This document shows, in pieces, positions 1 through 10,700 of a stretch of DNA of 64,000 bases. The stretch comes from a virus: positions 5,802 to 69,801 of the IMG/VR virus record IMGVR_UViG_3300020442_000509; one strand, written 5' to 3'. How positions within the stretch are numbered: position 1 is the first letter of the stretch; each line of letters begins with the position of its first letter. Below the pieces are notes generated by a model. The model was not told the origin of the DNA. It ran no database searches and saw only the letters and a program-made list of their open reading frames with translations. The position numbers and the translations under genes are program-made.

Positions 1-3000
1 GATCAGCATCAAGCTATCGATCGCAGATTTGACGTTAGCGCAACCACCAGGATCTACCGTGATGGTATTATCAAATGTCTGAGTAAATTCGTGGGAACCC
101 AGTTTAGTATGGGCAACGTTCGTGATGATCTTCTTAGCGATATCACGAGCATGGTTGATGATCAGGATAGACTTAGCTTCCTCACCATCCAGGTGGGGAG
201 TGCCGACATACAGGGCAGCAGCGTCATAAACCTGGTTGTTGCTACCATGCTGGATGTTAAACGCAACAGCATTCAGGATATCCTTAACGTCATCAATACA
301 ATCCTGAGGATTACCTGTAGGAGTTGTTAGGCTAGGATCAGCAGCAAGCTCTGCTTCATATGCCTCAGCAGCGATGAAGTCAACGTTAGCTTTCAGCAGA
401 TCATGGGCATCCATGTGTCTGGAATCTACCACCTCAAATCCGAGGTTGGCATTCATTCTGCCGACAGCAATCTCAGCAATGAACTCTTTGTTCTTGTAGA
501 TCAGGTTACGAGCATCACTGAATCTGTTACCAGGAGAGGCACCAGCAGAGTCAGGGGTGATCGTGAAGTCCTTGATCTGGGTCAGACCATGGGAACCTTG
601 AATATTGATTGTCTGAAGACGCATTGCCTCAATGGCAAGGTCTCTTGCGTTGTTAAATGCTTCGACTGACTCGTCTTCTTCACCAACAACATGAGCACCC
701 TCTACGTAGTAGCGAGCAGCATCGAATACTTGATCGTTACCACCATAAGCAAGGTTGTACGCCATTGCTTCCAGGAAGTCAACGACGTCATCAATACAGT
801 TCTGAGAACCACCAGGTACGTTGAAACCAGAGTTATTAGCCAGCATTCTCTCGACTGCTTCATTAGCAATCAGGAGTTTGTTGGCAAGGATCATGGAAGA
901 ACCATCACCAGCTCTGTCTACAGGAGGTTCAGAGTTGGGTGTCTGCCAAGGAGCAGGAACAGTGACGGTTACTGTACCACTGTCTGTACTAGCAGCACTA
1001 AGCTTGACAGTGAGAGTACGGTGATCTGAGGTGTCATCAACCAGATAAGCACCGTCAGTTGTAGCACCAGAGAATACGAAACCGTAGGAAGACTTAGCAA
1101 ATACAGCATGACCTCTAGGGAAGACCATGGTCATCAGCTTGCCAGAGCAGCTGTATGTACCAGTTCTTGTAAAGGTAGCAGATGTACCAGCGTTATTCTG
1201 CTGTTTGATCTTACCGTATGCTTCCTGACCAATCAGGTCAAGGTTATTATTGATAGTTTCAGCAGCGTCTCTCTGCTTAGCAGACTCTTGAATGTTAGCG
1301 CCAAACTCTACCTTTTCAAACGCATAAGGAGAGTTCCTCAGCGACATCAGAGCATAGTTTGTAGCAGAACAAACTTGCTGGTCACCAGAAGGATCGAATG
1401 CTGTACCGAGTTTAGAGCAAGAACCTCTAACAATGAAGCTCAGTGAGTAACCATCAGCACGCTCAATACGATGAGTGATGTACTTACGACCATTGAAGTC
1501 GCCAAGGTTATCAAATGCTTGACAACTACCAGATCTAGTGGCAGAGTCAACTGCTCTCATTACGAAATAGATTTCGTTTGTAGAGGAGTTGTAACGAGCA
1601 ACACCACCACCCAGTGTAGAAGTAGCAGAGGGAAGAGCGCTGTTAAAGTCAGATTGTGTTTGCGCCAGAGTACCATTAAGGAACTGGGCAATGTGGAATG
1701 TCTTGGTAGCGTGATGAGAAGTGCTTTGGTCACCAAAGGTGAATCTCATACCGACACCTTTGCCATCTACAGGACCCAGTGTTGTCAACTTAGGCCAGAT
1801 GACATTCATCTTGCTCGGGTCAGTATTGGCGACCGTTACAGTGAGAGTGTCTCCAGATTGTGTGTAGGTAGCATTTGCGCTGGAACCGAAGTCCATTGCG
1901 CTGTAGGGCATACCATAGATGTGGACTTCCTGTCCAACCTCATAGTCATGACCCACAAAGTTGATGCCTTCAATAACTCTAGAGGCACCAGTTACATTGA
2001 ATTGTACACCCAGATATGTTTGCTGAGTGCTGACTTCAGAAGTAACGTTCTGAATGTCAATAACATTGATAGCTTTCTCAAAGCGCTGATAACCTTTACC
2101 ATGAGAAGTCAGATCAATGGTAACAGGATCATCTTCACCAGAAATATTTTTATTAGTGGCGTCTGCCTGAGTAACAGACAGTTTGAAGAAGTTATCATCT
2201 ATCTTATAGATGAAGTATAGACCATTGGTATTAAGACCACCAATGGAACCAGACTTAGAACCACGATAGTATACACCGTTACCAGTGAACAGACCGTGCT
2301 TAGGGAAATAGATCTGGTCATCGTCGATGAATACTCTAGATGTAAACAGAGTGTGTTCATCCCCAGTACCAGCATCACCAAGATCTCTGATACCAGTTTC
2401 AACCTGAATGTTCAGAGCATTAGCAGCTGTATCAAACAGTTTGATCGTGTTGTCGTCAACCTTACGTACATAATATACAGTATTATCTACCAGACCTTGT
2501 ACAGCAGTGCCGCCCTCGTTTTTGACGTTGTAGCGGACCTTACAACCCGTGTACAGACGGTGTAGAGGGATGGTAATGGTATTAGCTGTACTGTTAACAA
2601 CAGTGGTTACATTACTACCATCAAAGCGGAGAGTCTCCGTCTCAGAATTAACTACGTGCTGATATCTCTGGTGCTTGATAACCTCAGTCTCAGGTCTCTG
2701 AGATTCACGGTCACCAACGTCAAGAGAGTCAGAAGGAGAAGCACCTGTCTTGACGATGTTAGCAAACGTATCAGCGTAGTACAGTCTCTCAGCGAGCTGG
2801 AACGTTGCCTGGTCGTCTGTCATCAGACAGATGATTGTACCAGAAGAATATGGAGCACCAGCAGGACCTGTGAAGGTTACTGCTTCAATGGTTGCTCTGG
2901 AGGAGGACGAACCACCCTCAATAGCATAACCTACAAGAAGTGTGGTGTTATCACCAGTGTGGTTCTCGAAGGTGATAGCAAAGATGTTTCTACCTTTGTT

Positions 3001-4143
3001 CTCAAGACCAGGTGAGAACTCGAAAGGAGCAATATCAGGTTCGTAGTAGAGACGCTGTTTGTCGTCAAATACGTAAGCGTACTTCCAAGTCCAGTCGGGA
3101 GTACCAGTGTTGTCAAGGTGGTCTCTGAATACAACGCCAGAAGCATACGTCTCGTTAGACGCCTTGATCATGTGGCGATCCTGGTTCAGAGGACGCAGGA
3201 TAACACGACGAAGGTTGTCACCGATCAGTGAGCAGTTGAAAGGCAGAGAGATCGGGTTGTCTTCAATATAGTCACCACCAGAACAGATGATGGACACGTA
3301 CTCGGGTACTTCAGTGTCCTGCTGGAGGGAGTAGGCAATCTGTGCTGCCTTTTTAATAGTACGAACAGGCTTAGCAGCGGAACGACCATCGTTGTTGTCG
3401 TCACCGATACCAGGAACCGAAGATACGTATACACGACCACCGTTATCGGCAGTAGCAACGTCATATACGAACTTGGTTGTAGCAATTCTATTGTTTTGTG
3501 TCTGACGTGGAGGGTTGTCAGCAGTAGGATAGTAGATCGTACCGAAGTCGGCAGCGGTAGGATCAGTTTCCTCAAAGTTAATCAGGTTAGGACCACGGAG
3601 ATCCAGACCCTTGGTTACAAACTCGTTAGTAACATCCAGGTTTCTGATTTGCGCTGTATCAGAAATGATGGATCGAGTAGTTCTGATCTGACCTTCAACG
3701 TCGAGGTCAAACTCAGGGTTGGTGTTGTTAATACCAACACGAATATTTCCAGTAGGACCTTTGTTGACAAAGATAGCATCATCTTCGTTGGCACCAGTAC
3801 CAACGGTGATCTCCATGTTCTCCGCAGCATTGATGCTGAGAGATCTTACCTTCCTATAGGATACGGCAGTGGCAGCTTCAATGAAGTTCTGACCTGTACC
3901 AGTAATAGTAAAGGTATCATCATCAACTACAGTGATGAGATGTTCGCCAGCAGCGATCGTACGTTGGAGACTATCTTCACCAAACTGGAGGTAAAGTCTC
4001 TCATTATTGTTCAGTCTATGAGCGATAGACGTGACCGTGACGATACCGTTCGCCCTACCATAGGTAGCACTGGTCCAAGGACCAGTAGGTACGCGACCAG
4101 TAGCTTCAAAACGTTGTTGTGACGAACTCTGCCTAAGTGTCAT
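1..4143 (-). CDS. Giant virion structural/fibre protein, 3'-truncated by the window edge (>1380 aa; not in ORF track)
   Basis: ATG at 4143 with GGAG upstream; reads MTLRQSSSQQRFEATGRVP...GRVYVSSVPGIGDDNNDGRSAAKPVRTIKKAA (beta-helix cap motif). Sampled segments down to base 1 (...ITVDPGGCANVKSAIDSLMLI) are in the same frame. Confidence 0.85.
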   Translation of the reverse strand, partial: MTLRQSSSQQRFEATGRVPTGPWTSATYGRANGIVTVTSIAHRLNNNERLYLQFGEDSLQRTIAAGEHLITVVDDDTFTITGTGQNFIEAATAVSYRKVRSLSINAAENMEITVGTGANEDDAIFVNKGPTGNIRVGINNTNPEFDLDVEGQIRTTRSIISDTAQIRNLDVTNEFVTKGLDLRGPNLINFEETDPTAADFGTIYYPTADNPPRQTQNNRIATTKFVYDVATADNGGRVYVSSVPGIGDDNNDGRSAAKPVRTIKKAAQIAYSLQQDTEVPEYVSIICSGGDYIEDNPISLPFNCSLIGDNLRRVILRPLNQDRHMIKASNETYASGVVFRDHLDNTGTPDWTWKYAYVFDDKQRLYYEPDIAPFEFSPGLENKGRNIFAITFENHTGDNTTLLVGYAIEGGSSSSRATIEAVTFTGPAGAPYSSGTIICLMTDDQATFQLAERLYYADTFANIVKTGASPSDSLDVGDRESQRPETEVIKHQRYQHVVNSETETLRFDGSNVTTVVNSTANTITIPLHRLYTGCKVRYNVKNEGGTAVQGLVDNTVYYVRKVDDNTIKLFDTAANALNIQVETGIRDLGDAGTGDEHTLFTSRVFIDDDQIYFPKHGLFTGNGVYYRGSKSGSIGGLNTNGLYFIYKIDDNFFKLSVTQADATNKNISGEDDPVTIDLTSHGKGYQRFEKAINVIDIQNVTSEVSTQQTYLGVQFNVTGASRVIEGINFVGHDYEVGQEVHIYGMPYSAMDFGSSANATYTQSGDTLTVTVANTDPSKMNVIWPKLTTLGPVDGKGVGMRFTFGDQSTSHHATKTFHIAQFLNGTLAQTQSDFNSALPSATSTLGGGVARYNSSTNEIYFVMRAVDSATRSGSCQAFDNLGDFNGRKYITHRIERADGYSLSFIVRGSCSKLGTAFDPSGDQQVCSATNYALMSLRNSPYAFEKVEFGANIQESAKQRDAAETINNNLDLIGQEAYGKIKQQNNAGTSATFTRTGTYSCSGKLMTMVFPRGHAVFAKSSYGFVFSGATTDGAYLVDDTSDHRTLTVKLSAASTDSGTVTVTVPAPWQTPNSEPPVDRAGDGSSMILANKLLIANEAVERMLANNSGFNVPGGSQNCIDDVVDFLEAMAYNLAYGGNDQVFDAARYYVEGAHVVGEEDESVEAFNNARDLAIEAMRLQTINIQGSHGLTQIKDFTITPDSAGASPGNRFSDARNLIYKNKEFIAEIAVGRMNANLGFEVVDSRHMDAHDLLKANVDFIAAEAYEAELAADPSLTTPTGNPQDCIDDVKDILNAVAFNIQHGSNNQVYDAAALYVGTPHLDGEEAKSILIINHARDIAKKIITNVAHTKLGSHEFTQTFDNTITVDPGGCANVKSAIDSLMLI

Positions 4144-4158
4144 CTAAATGAACTCCGA

Positions 4159-4698
4159 TTATGCTGTTGCGACTTTAGTTACTTCAATGATGCCAACCCA
4201 CTTCACGGTAGATACGGTAGTGACCGTAGCTACATCAAAACTAAAATAAGCACTACCGCCGATCTGGAAGGCAACAGGTGTCACAGACCAGGTTTCAGTG
4301 CCAGGCAAATGCTCATGAATCACATTCTCATATTGAGCTTGAAGTGTGGGGACTCCGCTAGTGTCTACAGTCACAACTGCCTCAATCAATGAGGCAAGAA
4401 TATAGGTATTGTTAGTGGTCTCTTGACCGAATACTTTACCCTTAATAAAAGCAACGCTATTGTGCCCCAGGTCAGGGGAGTTAGTAGCGATGTTTGTAGA
4501 ACCATCAAGGCTCAGACGAAGCTGCGTATCTGTGGGGGTTGTAGTACGCTTTGTGATCCAAAGATCAGAAGAAGCGTCTGTAAAATCATCGCTAGTCATA
4601 TGAATAGACGCGATGTTTTTCAGCTCAAAGGAAGGGTTCAGAACTTCCTTTTTACCTACAGCAAAACCTCCAATAGATGAGAAATTTTTTACAGCCAT
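4159..4698 (-). CDS. Virion structural protein (179 aa)
   Basis: ORF between structural genes, preceded by TATAAATA and GAGG; beta-rich composition. Confidence 0.75.
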   Translation of the reverse strand: MAVKNFSSIGGFAVGKKEVLNPSFELKNIASIHMTSDDFTDASSDLWITKRTTTPTDTQLRLSLDGSTNIATNSPDLGHNSVAFIKGKVFGQETTNNTYILASLIEAVVTVDTSGVPTLQAQYENVIHEHLPGTETWSVTPVAFQIGGSAYFSFDVATVTTVSTVKWVGIIEVTKVATA

Positions 4699-4718
4699 GA
4701 CTTGAGGTTACCTCTGGT

Positions 4719-4726
4719 TATTTATA
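4719..4726 (-). promoter_or_regulatory. T4-type late promoter TATAAATA
   Basis: Exact gp55 consensus 20 nt upstream of the 4698 ATG. Confidence 0.8.
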
Positions 4727-7700
4727 CTTTGACCTTGGTAGTTGTGAATCTACCAGTGAATGATGTAGAACTCGTAGCATCAGTGCTCTTAGTCATTTGA
4801 ATTTGAACACTGTTAGAAGCAACGTTAACAACAGCGTCCATCAGGTCGTTATCTGAAGTAATCGAGTTAGTAATGGTAGCGTGTGCGACAGTACCAGAAG
4901 CACCACATACTGTGGTAACTTCCATCATTTGTACTTTACCATCATCACTTTCAATCGTGATCAAAGTCTTAGCACCCTTATACTCATTCTTCTCAAACTG
5001 AGTAAAGGTAGCACCAGTTGTAAACGTTGTGAGTTGTCCACCCTCAACACGGCAGTCGTCAAGTTCAACGAAGTCTGCCGTGGAATCCATCACGGTCAGA
5101 TAGTTAGTAGCACCACCAACAGAGTAGTTTCTATTAACCTTGAACTGAGCTTGTGCTTGAGTGGAATCGAAGGACAAGAACTGCTTGTCCTGGTTCATGT
5201 TCAGGCGGAACTCGCTCTGAAGAACGCTGATCTTGGAGTGAGCAACGTCCGCATTATTTACTGTTCTGACGAAGAAGGTTACATCAGTGTTTGCCCCACC
5301 ACCCAGAAGGGAACCAGGAACAGTAATCTTTTCATCGATCTCATATACTGTACCAGCAGCATTGATTGCGATGGAACTAATGTTACCACTTGCGTCAGTA
5401 GTGATATCAACAGTAAGTCCGCTACCAGCAAACTCAGAAACAGTTGATGTAGCAGTAAAGGTTTGACTTGGATTGTAAGCAGCAGCAGTAGCAAGGAAGC
5501 TTCCAGCAGAAGCACCAAGTGTTCCATCGTCGAATGTGGCAACTTCACCAGCAATCAACTGATTCTTGAGGAACAGACCACCAGTGACTTCTACGTCTTT
5601 GGTCGCTCTAACCTTCAGCAAGGATACGCCCTTACGCTGAACGTCTAAGGTGTCCTGACCAAATGTACCATTGAGGAGAAGAGTTCCCTCAACGTCCATA
5701 ATCTTAGTGGACTTGAGAGTAAATCTGTCCTTATCAATGCTGAGGCTGTTGATACCAGAGTTGTAGAACTCGAAGGTATCTTCGTCAGATCCAGGAGTTA
5801 CCTCAGTAAGGATGTAGGTATCTTGGTCAACGTCACGAACACCACCCAGGGATACAAAGTCAATGCCATTGTAACCTTCAAACTGAGAGGTAGTTGTGTT
5901 GTATCTGATACCACCAACATAGAGATCTTCAGTGAAAGGTCTCTCGTTAGTTGTACCGACAGGAACAATGAAGGAACCTGTACCACTGATACGAACGTTT
6001 CTTCTAGGCTGAGGTGTCAGATCAATACCAGTACCACGTACATCAGTGATCGTGATTGTCTGAGCAGCATCTGTACCAATCGTTGCTGTAGAAAGAACGA
6101 TGGTATCACCAATTTTGTAGTCTCTACCAGCAGATGAGGCAGTGACTGTAATAGCAGTGATGGTACCGCTAGCAACGGTAACATCGAAAGTAGCACCAGT
6201 ACCAACACCAGATGTAGTTTCTACAGCAACAGCAGTGTAGGAACCATCAGTGAACGAAGTAGCGGTACCAGAGGTATCAACTGTTACAATTTGACCGAAA
6301 CTGAGGGTAGCACCAGAGATGTTTAAGATCTCCGAGTCCTTGATTCTCAGACGGTTGTTGGTGTCAAGATGACCGATAAGATCAACTTCACCCAGATCCA
6401 TGTCGATGCTGAATACATCAACACCATCATTGATTCTGAATTTTCTATTCTGAGCACCGTTGACAATTACATCACCCTGTCCCTTAGGAGTGAGTTGGAT
6501 GTTGACGTCAGCGTCAGTACCAACACCAGAGATAACACCAGCAGTGCTGATCTGAAGACCAGAAGCGGCGGTAGAAACTTGGAGTGTTCCAGCAGCAGTA
6601 TCAACTGCCAGTGTAGGAGCAGTAGATCCTACAGAAGGAAGAACTTGGAAGTCACCACCAAACTTAGTAAGGGTGCTAGTAATAGCAAGCTTCTCAGATG
6701 TATTGACACTCAGGCTAATTTCATCATTAGCAGGAGCGAAGAATCCAGTTCCAGATGCGTTAGCAAAATGGAGAGAAGGAGTTGCGACAGCACCATCGGC
6801 AAGACCGATAGTTGCGTTAGTCATCGCAACATCACCAACAGTCTGAGTAATGTCACCTTCAATGGTGAAGTTACCAGTCTGCTGTCTATCGCCAGTTACT
6901 GTCTCAGCAGCAGCGATAGTAATAGTGTCTGCGGTAGCATCGTCACCAAGACTGATGTTACCTTTAATAGTAGCGTTACGCTCAACTGTCAGGTCGCGAC
7001 CAAAGGTTGCGTCACCATATTCAGCGTCGAGAGTGATTACTGGAGTACCGTCACCAATGGTAACTGAACCAGGCTCTAGGTTAGGTGTCTTGGAACCAGC
7101 AACGTTAAAGTTCTCACTGATGATTGATCCATCATGAGAGATCTCATAAACGTCTCTAGAGTTGATCGTAGCAACGTCCAGGAGGAACTTATCACCTGTA
7201 GTGTCGGGATCTACCTCAGGAACCAGTCTTTGTCCTACAGTATAACCAAAACCACCAAATCCAGATACGAGAGATGTAGCGGTAACAAAACCAACCTTGT
7301 TAACAGTGAACTGGAATCCAGAACCAGAACCACCAACGTTCTGTACATCAACACTAAGGACGTCACCTACGGTGTAAGGACCACCAGTAAGAGAGATGTC
7401 AGTTACAGAAGATAGTGTATTGTCTTGAGCACTCAGAGTGAAGACAAGTCCACTACCAGTGTTACCCAGATCAGAAGCAAGAGCGCTGACAGTATCACCA
7501 GCGAAGTAGTTTTGACCTTGAGCATTAGACAGAACAGCTGTAGCAACACCACCAGAAACGGTGACGTTAAGACTCAGACCGTCACCATAGTTACCAGCAG
7601 AACCAGATACAATGGTTAAAGAAGCACCCATGTTGGCGTGCTGAGTACAGATGTAATCTGCGGTCTCACCAGCAGTACCAGGGCGAACAATAATATCAGT

Positions 7701-10700
7701 AAAGGCACCAGCGTTACCAGGCGTTCCAACCTGAATAGCAACGATGTCTGTAGAAAGAGTACCACCATCTTCTCTACCAACTGTCAGTGGGTGACCGCTG
7801 TTGGAAGAATCAGATTGATCGAAGCGATAGGTGTTACCCTCAGTAAGAGTAAGAGCTTGCTGTGTATTACCATTGATGGTATACACATTGTCAGGAGGAG
7901 GTGTACCAGGGTTGCTGATAACTGCTACTGTGTAAGTAGCAGCAGGAACGTTATACGCGGCAATGCCATCGTATTGACCATCCTGATATCCAGAACCACC
8001 GTTGGTGATAGTACCAACCCAACCAGGAACTGTAAAGGTAGCGTTAGCAACACTAGAAGGAGCAGTGCCACCAGATACAAAAGTAAAGTCTACACCCTGA
8101 TATGTACCAGGAGTATATCCAGAACCAGCGTTGGTGATTGAACCAGCGAGAGACTGAACATCAACAGACAGTCTAGCGTCTCCACCAGCACCACCTGTAA
8201 GTGTCAGAGTAGGAGCAGTAGAGTATGCCTCACCAGCACCAACTACGGTGATGGAAGAAATACTACCAGTTTTCTTATTAAGGACTGCCTCAAGCTGTCC
8301 TTCAGTTACGGGTGTACCACCCAGCAACTTAACAGTAGGTACAAAGTTATAACCAGCACCCTCATTAGTAACTGTAGCAGTTCCAATCGGGTAACCGATT
8401 GTGGAAGTAATAGCACCACCTGAACCACTGGTGTCAGTCTGTGCGTTAGTAACAGTGACACTAGGAGCAGATGTGTAACCACTACCTCTAGAGTTGATGC
8501 TTACACTGAGGATTGGTCTACCGAAGTAGGGAGTCAGAGTAGCGTCAGTTGTTTGACCAGTATCAGACTGGTTGATCGTGGGTGACGCAGCAGCGTCATA
8601 GTATGAACCACCACTTACACTAACTGCGGTGATAGCACCAGCAGAAACAGTTGCGGTAGCAGTTGCTGTCAGACCACGGATGTAATGAGATTCGCCAGAT
8701 CCTGAAGCGGATGCTGTCAGAGAAATCGGGGAACCGCCTTGAGAAGAAGCAAGCTGGAAAGATACACCAGAATTTGTATCATCTCTAACGACGTTAATTA
8801 CCCAGTAGGACTGAAGGTCAGTAAGACCAAGACCTGTATAGGTAGAACCCGAAGGAATATTGTAAACAACCTGAGTATCATTGCGGAACGGATGGTTCGC
8901 AAGAGTGATGGTAGCGCCAGCTACATCAGTCTCAGTGTTGAAAGTAAAGTCAGGGGGAGCATCAATGGTCAGAGTAGGAGCTGAACCATAATCAGCACCA
9001 CCATCGTCTACAGCGATTCTGACAATAGGACCATGCGACTCCAGGTTGGCAGTAGCGTCTGCGCTAGTACCAGAGTTTTGCGGAGCAGAGAAGGCAAGGG
9101 TCGGAGCAGTTTCGTAGTTCTGACCAGGGTTGCTGACAGTAACAGTCTTAAGACCACCGTTAGCAGTGTCAAGAGTTGTAGTGGCAGTTGCTACTACAGC
9201 AGGATTGGTATCAACATTGACAGTTGCGGTACCACCAGTGTACCCACTACCCTCAGCAAAGATGCTAGCAGTAGCAAGCTCGTCAGTAGAAACGAGGATG
9301 TTGGTATCAGACTGGATACCATAAGCGTTGAAACCACCTCTACGTTGATCAGGACCGATCTTTACATCGATAGATCCAGGGATCGTAGACTGGAAGTTAC
9401 CTGTCTTGGCAGTGTCGAAGTAGATATTCTCGTCGAATACTACCTCACCGTTGAATACGGAGTCCTGGTTACCAGCAGGGTCAAAGATAATATCACCACT
9501 TGTGGTGGAGATAGTGTTGCCTGAGAGACGAAGGTTGCCTGTCTCGATGTAGGCAGGGAAAATATTAGTAGTACCAGTAGCATCAGACAGCGTTAAGCTG
9601 GCAGCTTCCTGGGATGTGGAGGTAGAACTGAAGTTAACGTTGCCAGTTTCCTGGTCAACAACGAACACACCACCAACTCTGAAGTCACCCTTCTGGTCAG
9701 TAGAGGAGAAGAATACGCGACCACCGTTGGATTCTACAGTCTCATTAGACTGTACAGCAAGAGATGCGTCGTTAGTAAAGTCCTTACCAGCGCCAATATA
9801 GGCGAAGTTGTGAGCAGTAAGAAGGAGTCTTACGCCGTTGCCATCAGCAACAACACCCTTGTTACCATAGATGTTAGCAGAACCAATAGATCTCAGTTCA
9901 GCACCAAACTGGTTGTAGTCAACCAGAGCAATACCTGTAGCAGAGTCACCACCATTAGAACGGATGTCCTTGATAGCAGATCCAGAATCGATGAAGATTG
10001 TGGCACCATCATTGGCATTGAAGTGGAGCAACAGAACTGTAAAGATGTCAGTTCCATACTCATTGAGCAGAGAAGCGTTAAAGGCACCAGTAAAACGAGC
10101 AGTACCCTTACTTACTCTGATCTCATCAAAGTGACCAGCATAGTTGTTAGCGCTGTTGTAATCAGCACCAATGACAACAGGCTTAGTAGAACCGTAGTCA
10201 TTGCTATCAGTGTAGGTGCCAACAACAGCACCATCCAAGAACAGTCTGGTAGTTCCAGCGTTACGAGCAACCGCAACATGCTGCCAGGTGTTCAGAGCGA
10301 GCGACCCACCAGTGATACGATCTGTACCGCCCTCAGCAAATCTGAGTTCAGTTCCAGAAGCATAGATTGTAGGAGCAGTATCACTTGCCCCCGTTCTGAA
10401 GTCCATCAGAACTTGAGTTCCTGTGACAGAAGTGGGGTAGCACCACCACTCAACACAGAAGTTAGCAGTACCGAAACCGAAGTCGGACTCGGTAGCGTAG
10501 TTTACACGGTCACCAGTACCGTCCAGCAACAGAGAACCTGTGCCAAACTTCTTGACGCTGTTGTCAACTTGTACGTCGAAAGAAGGAACAGCAGTCTTGC
10601 CGCCCTCAACAGTTTGAGTAAACTGACCTTCACCCTTACCTTGAAGGTAGATATAGGTGCCATCATTCGATGTGATGGAACCATAACCATCTGCCTTTTT

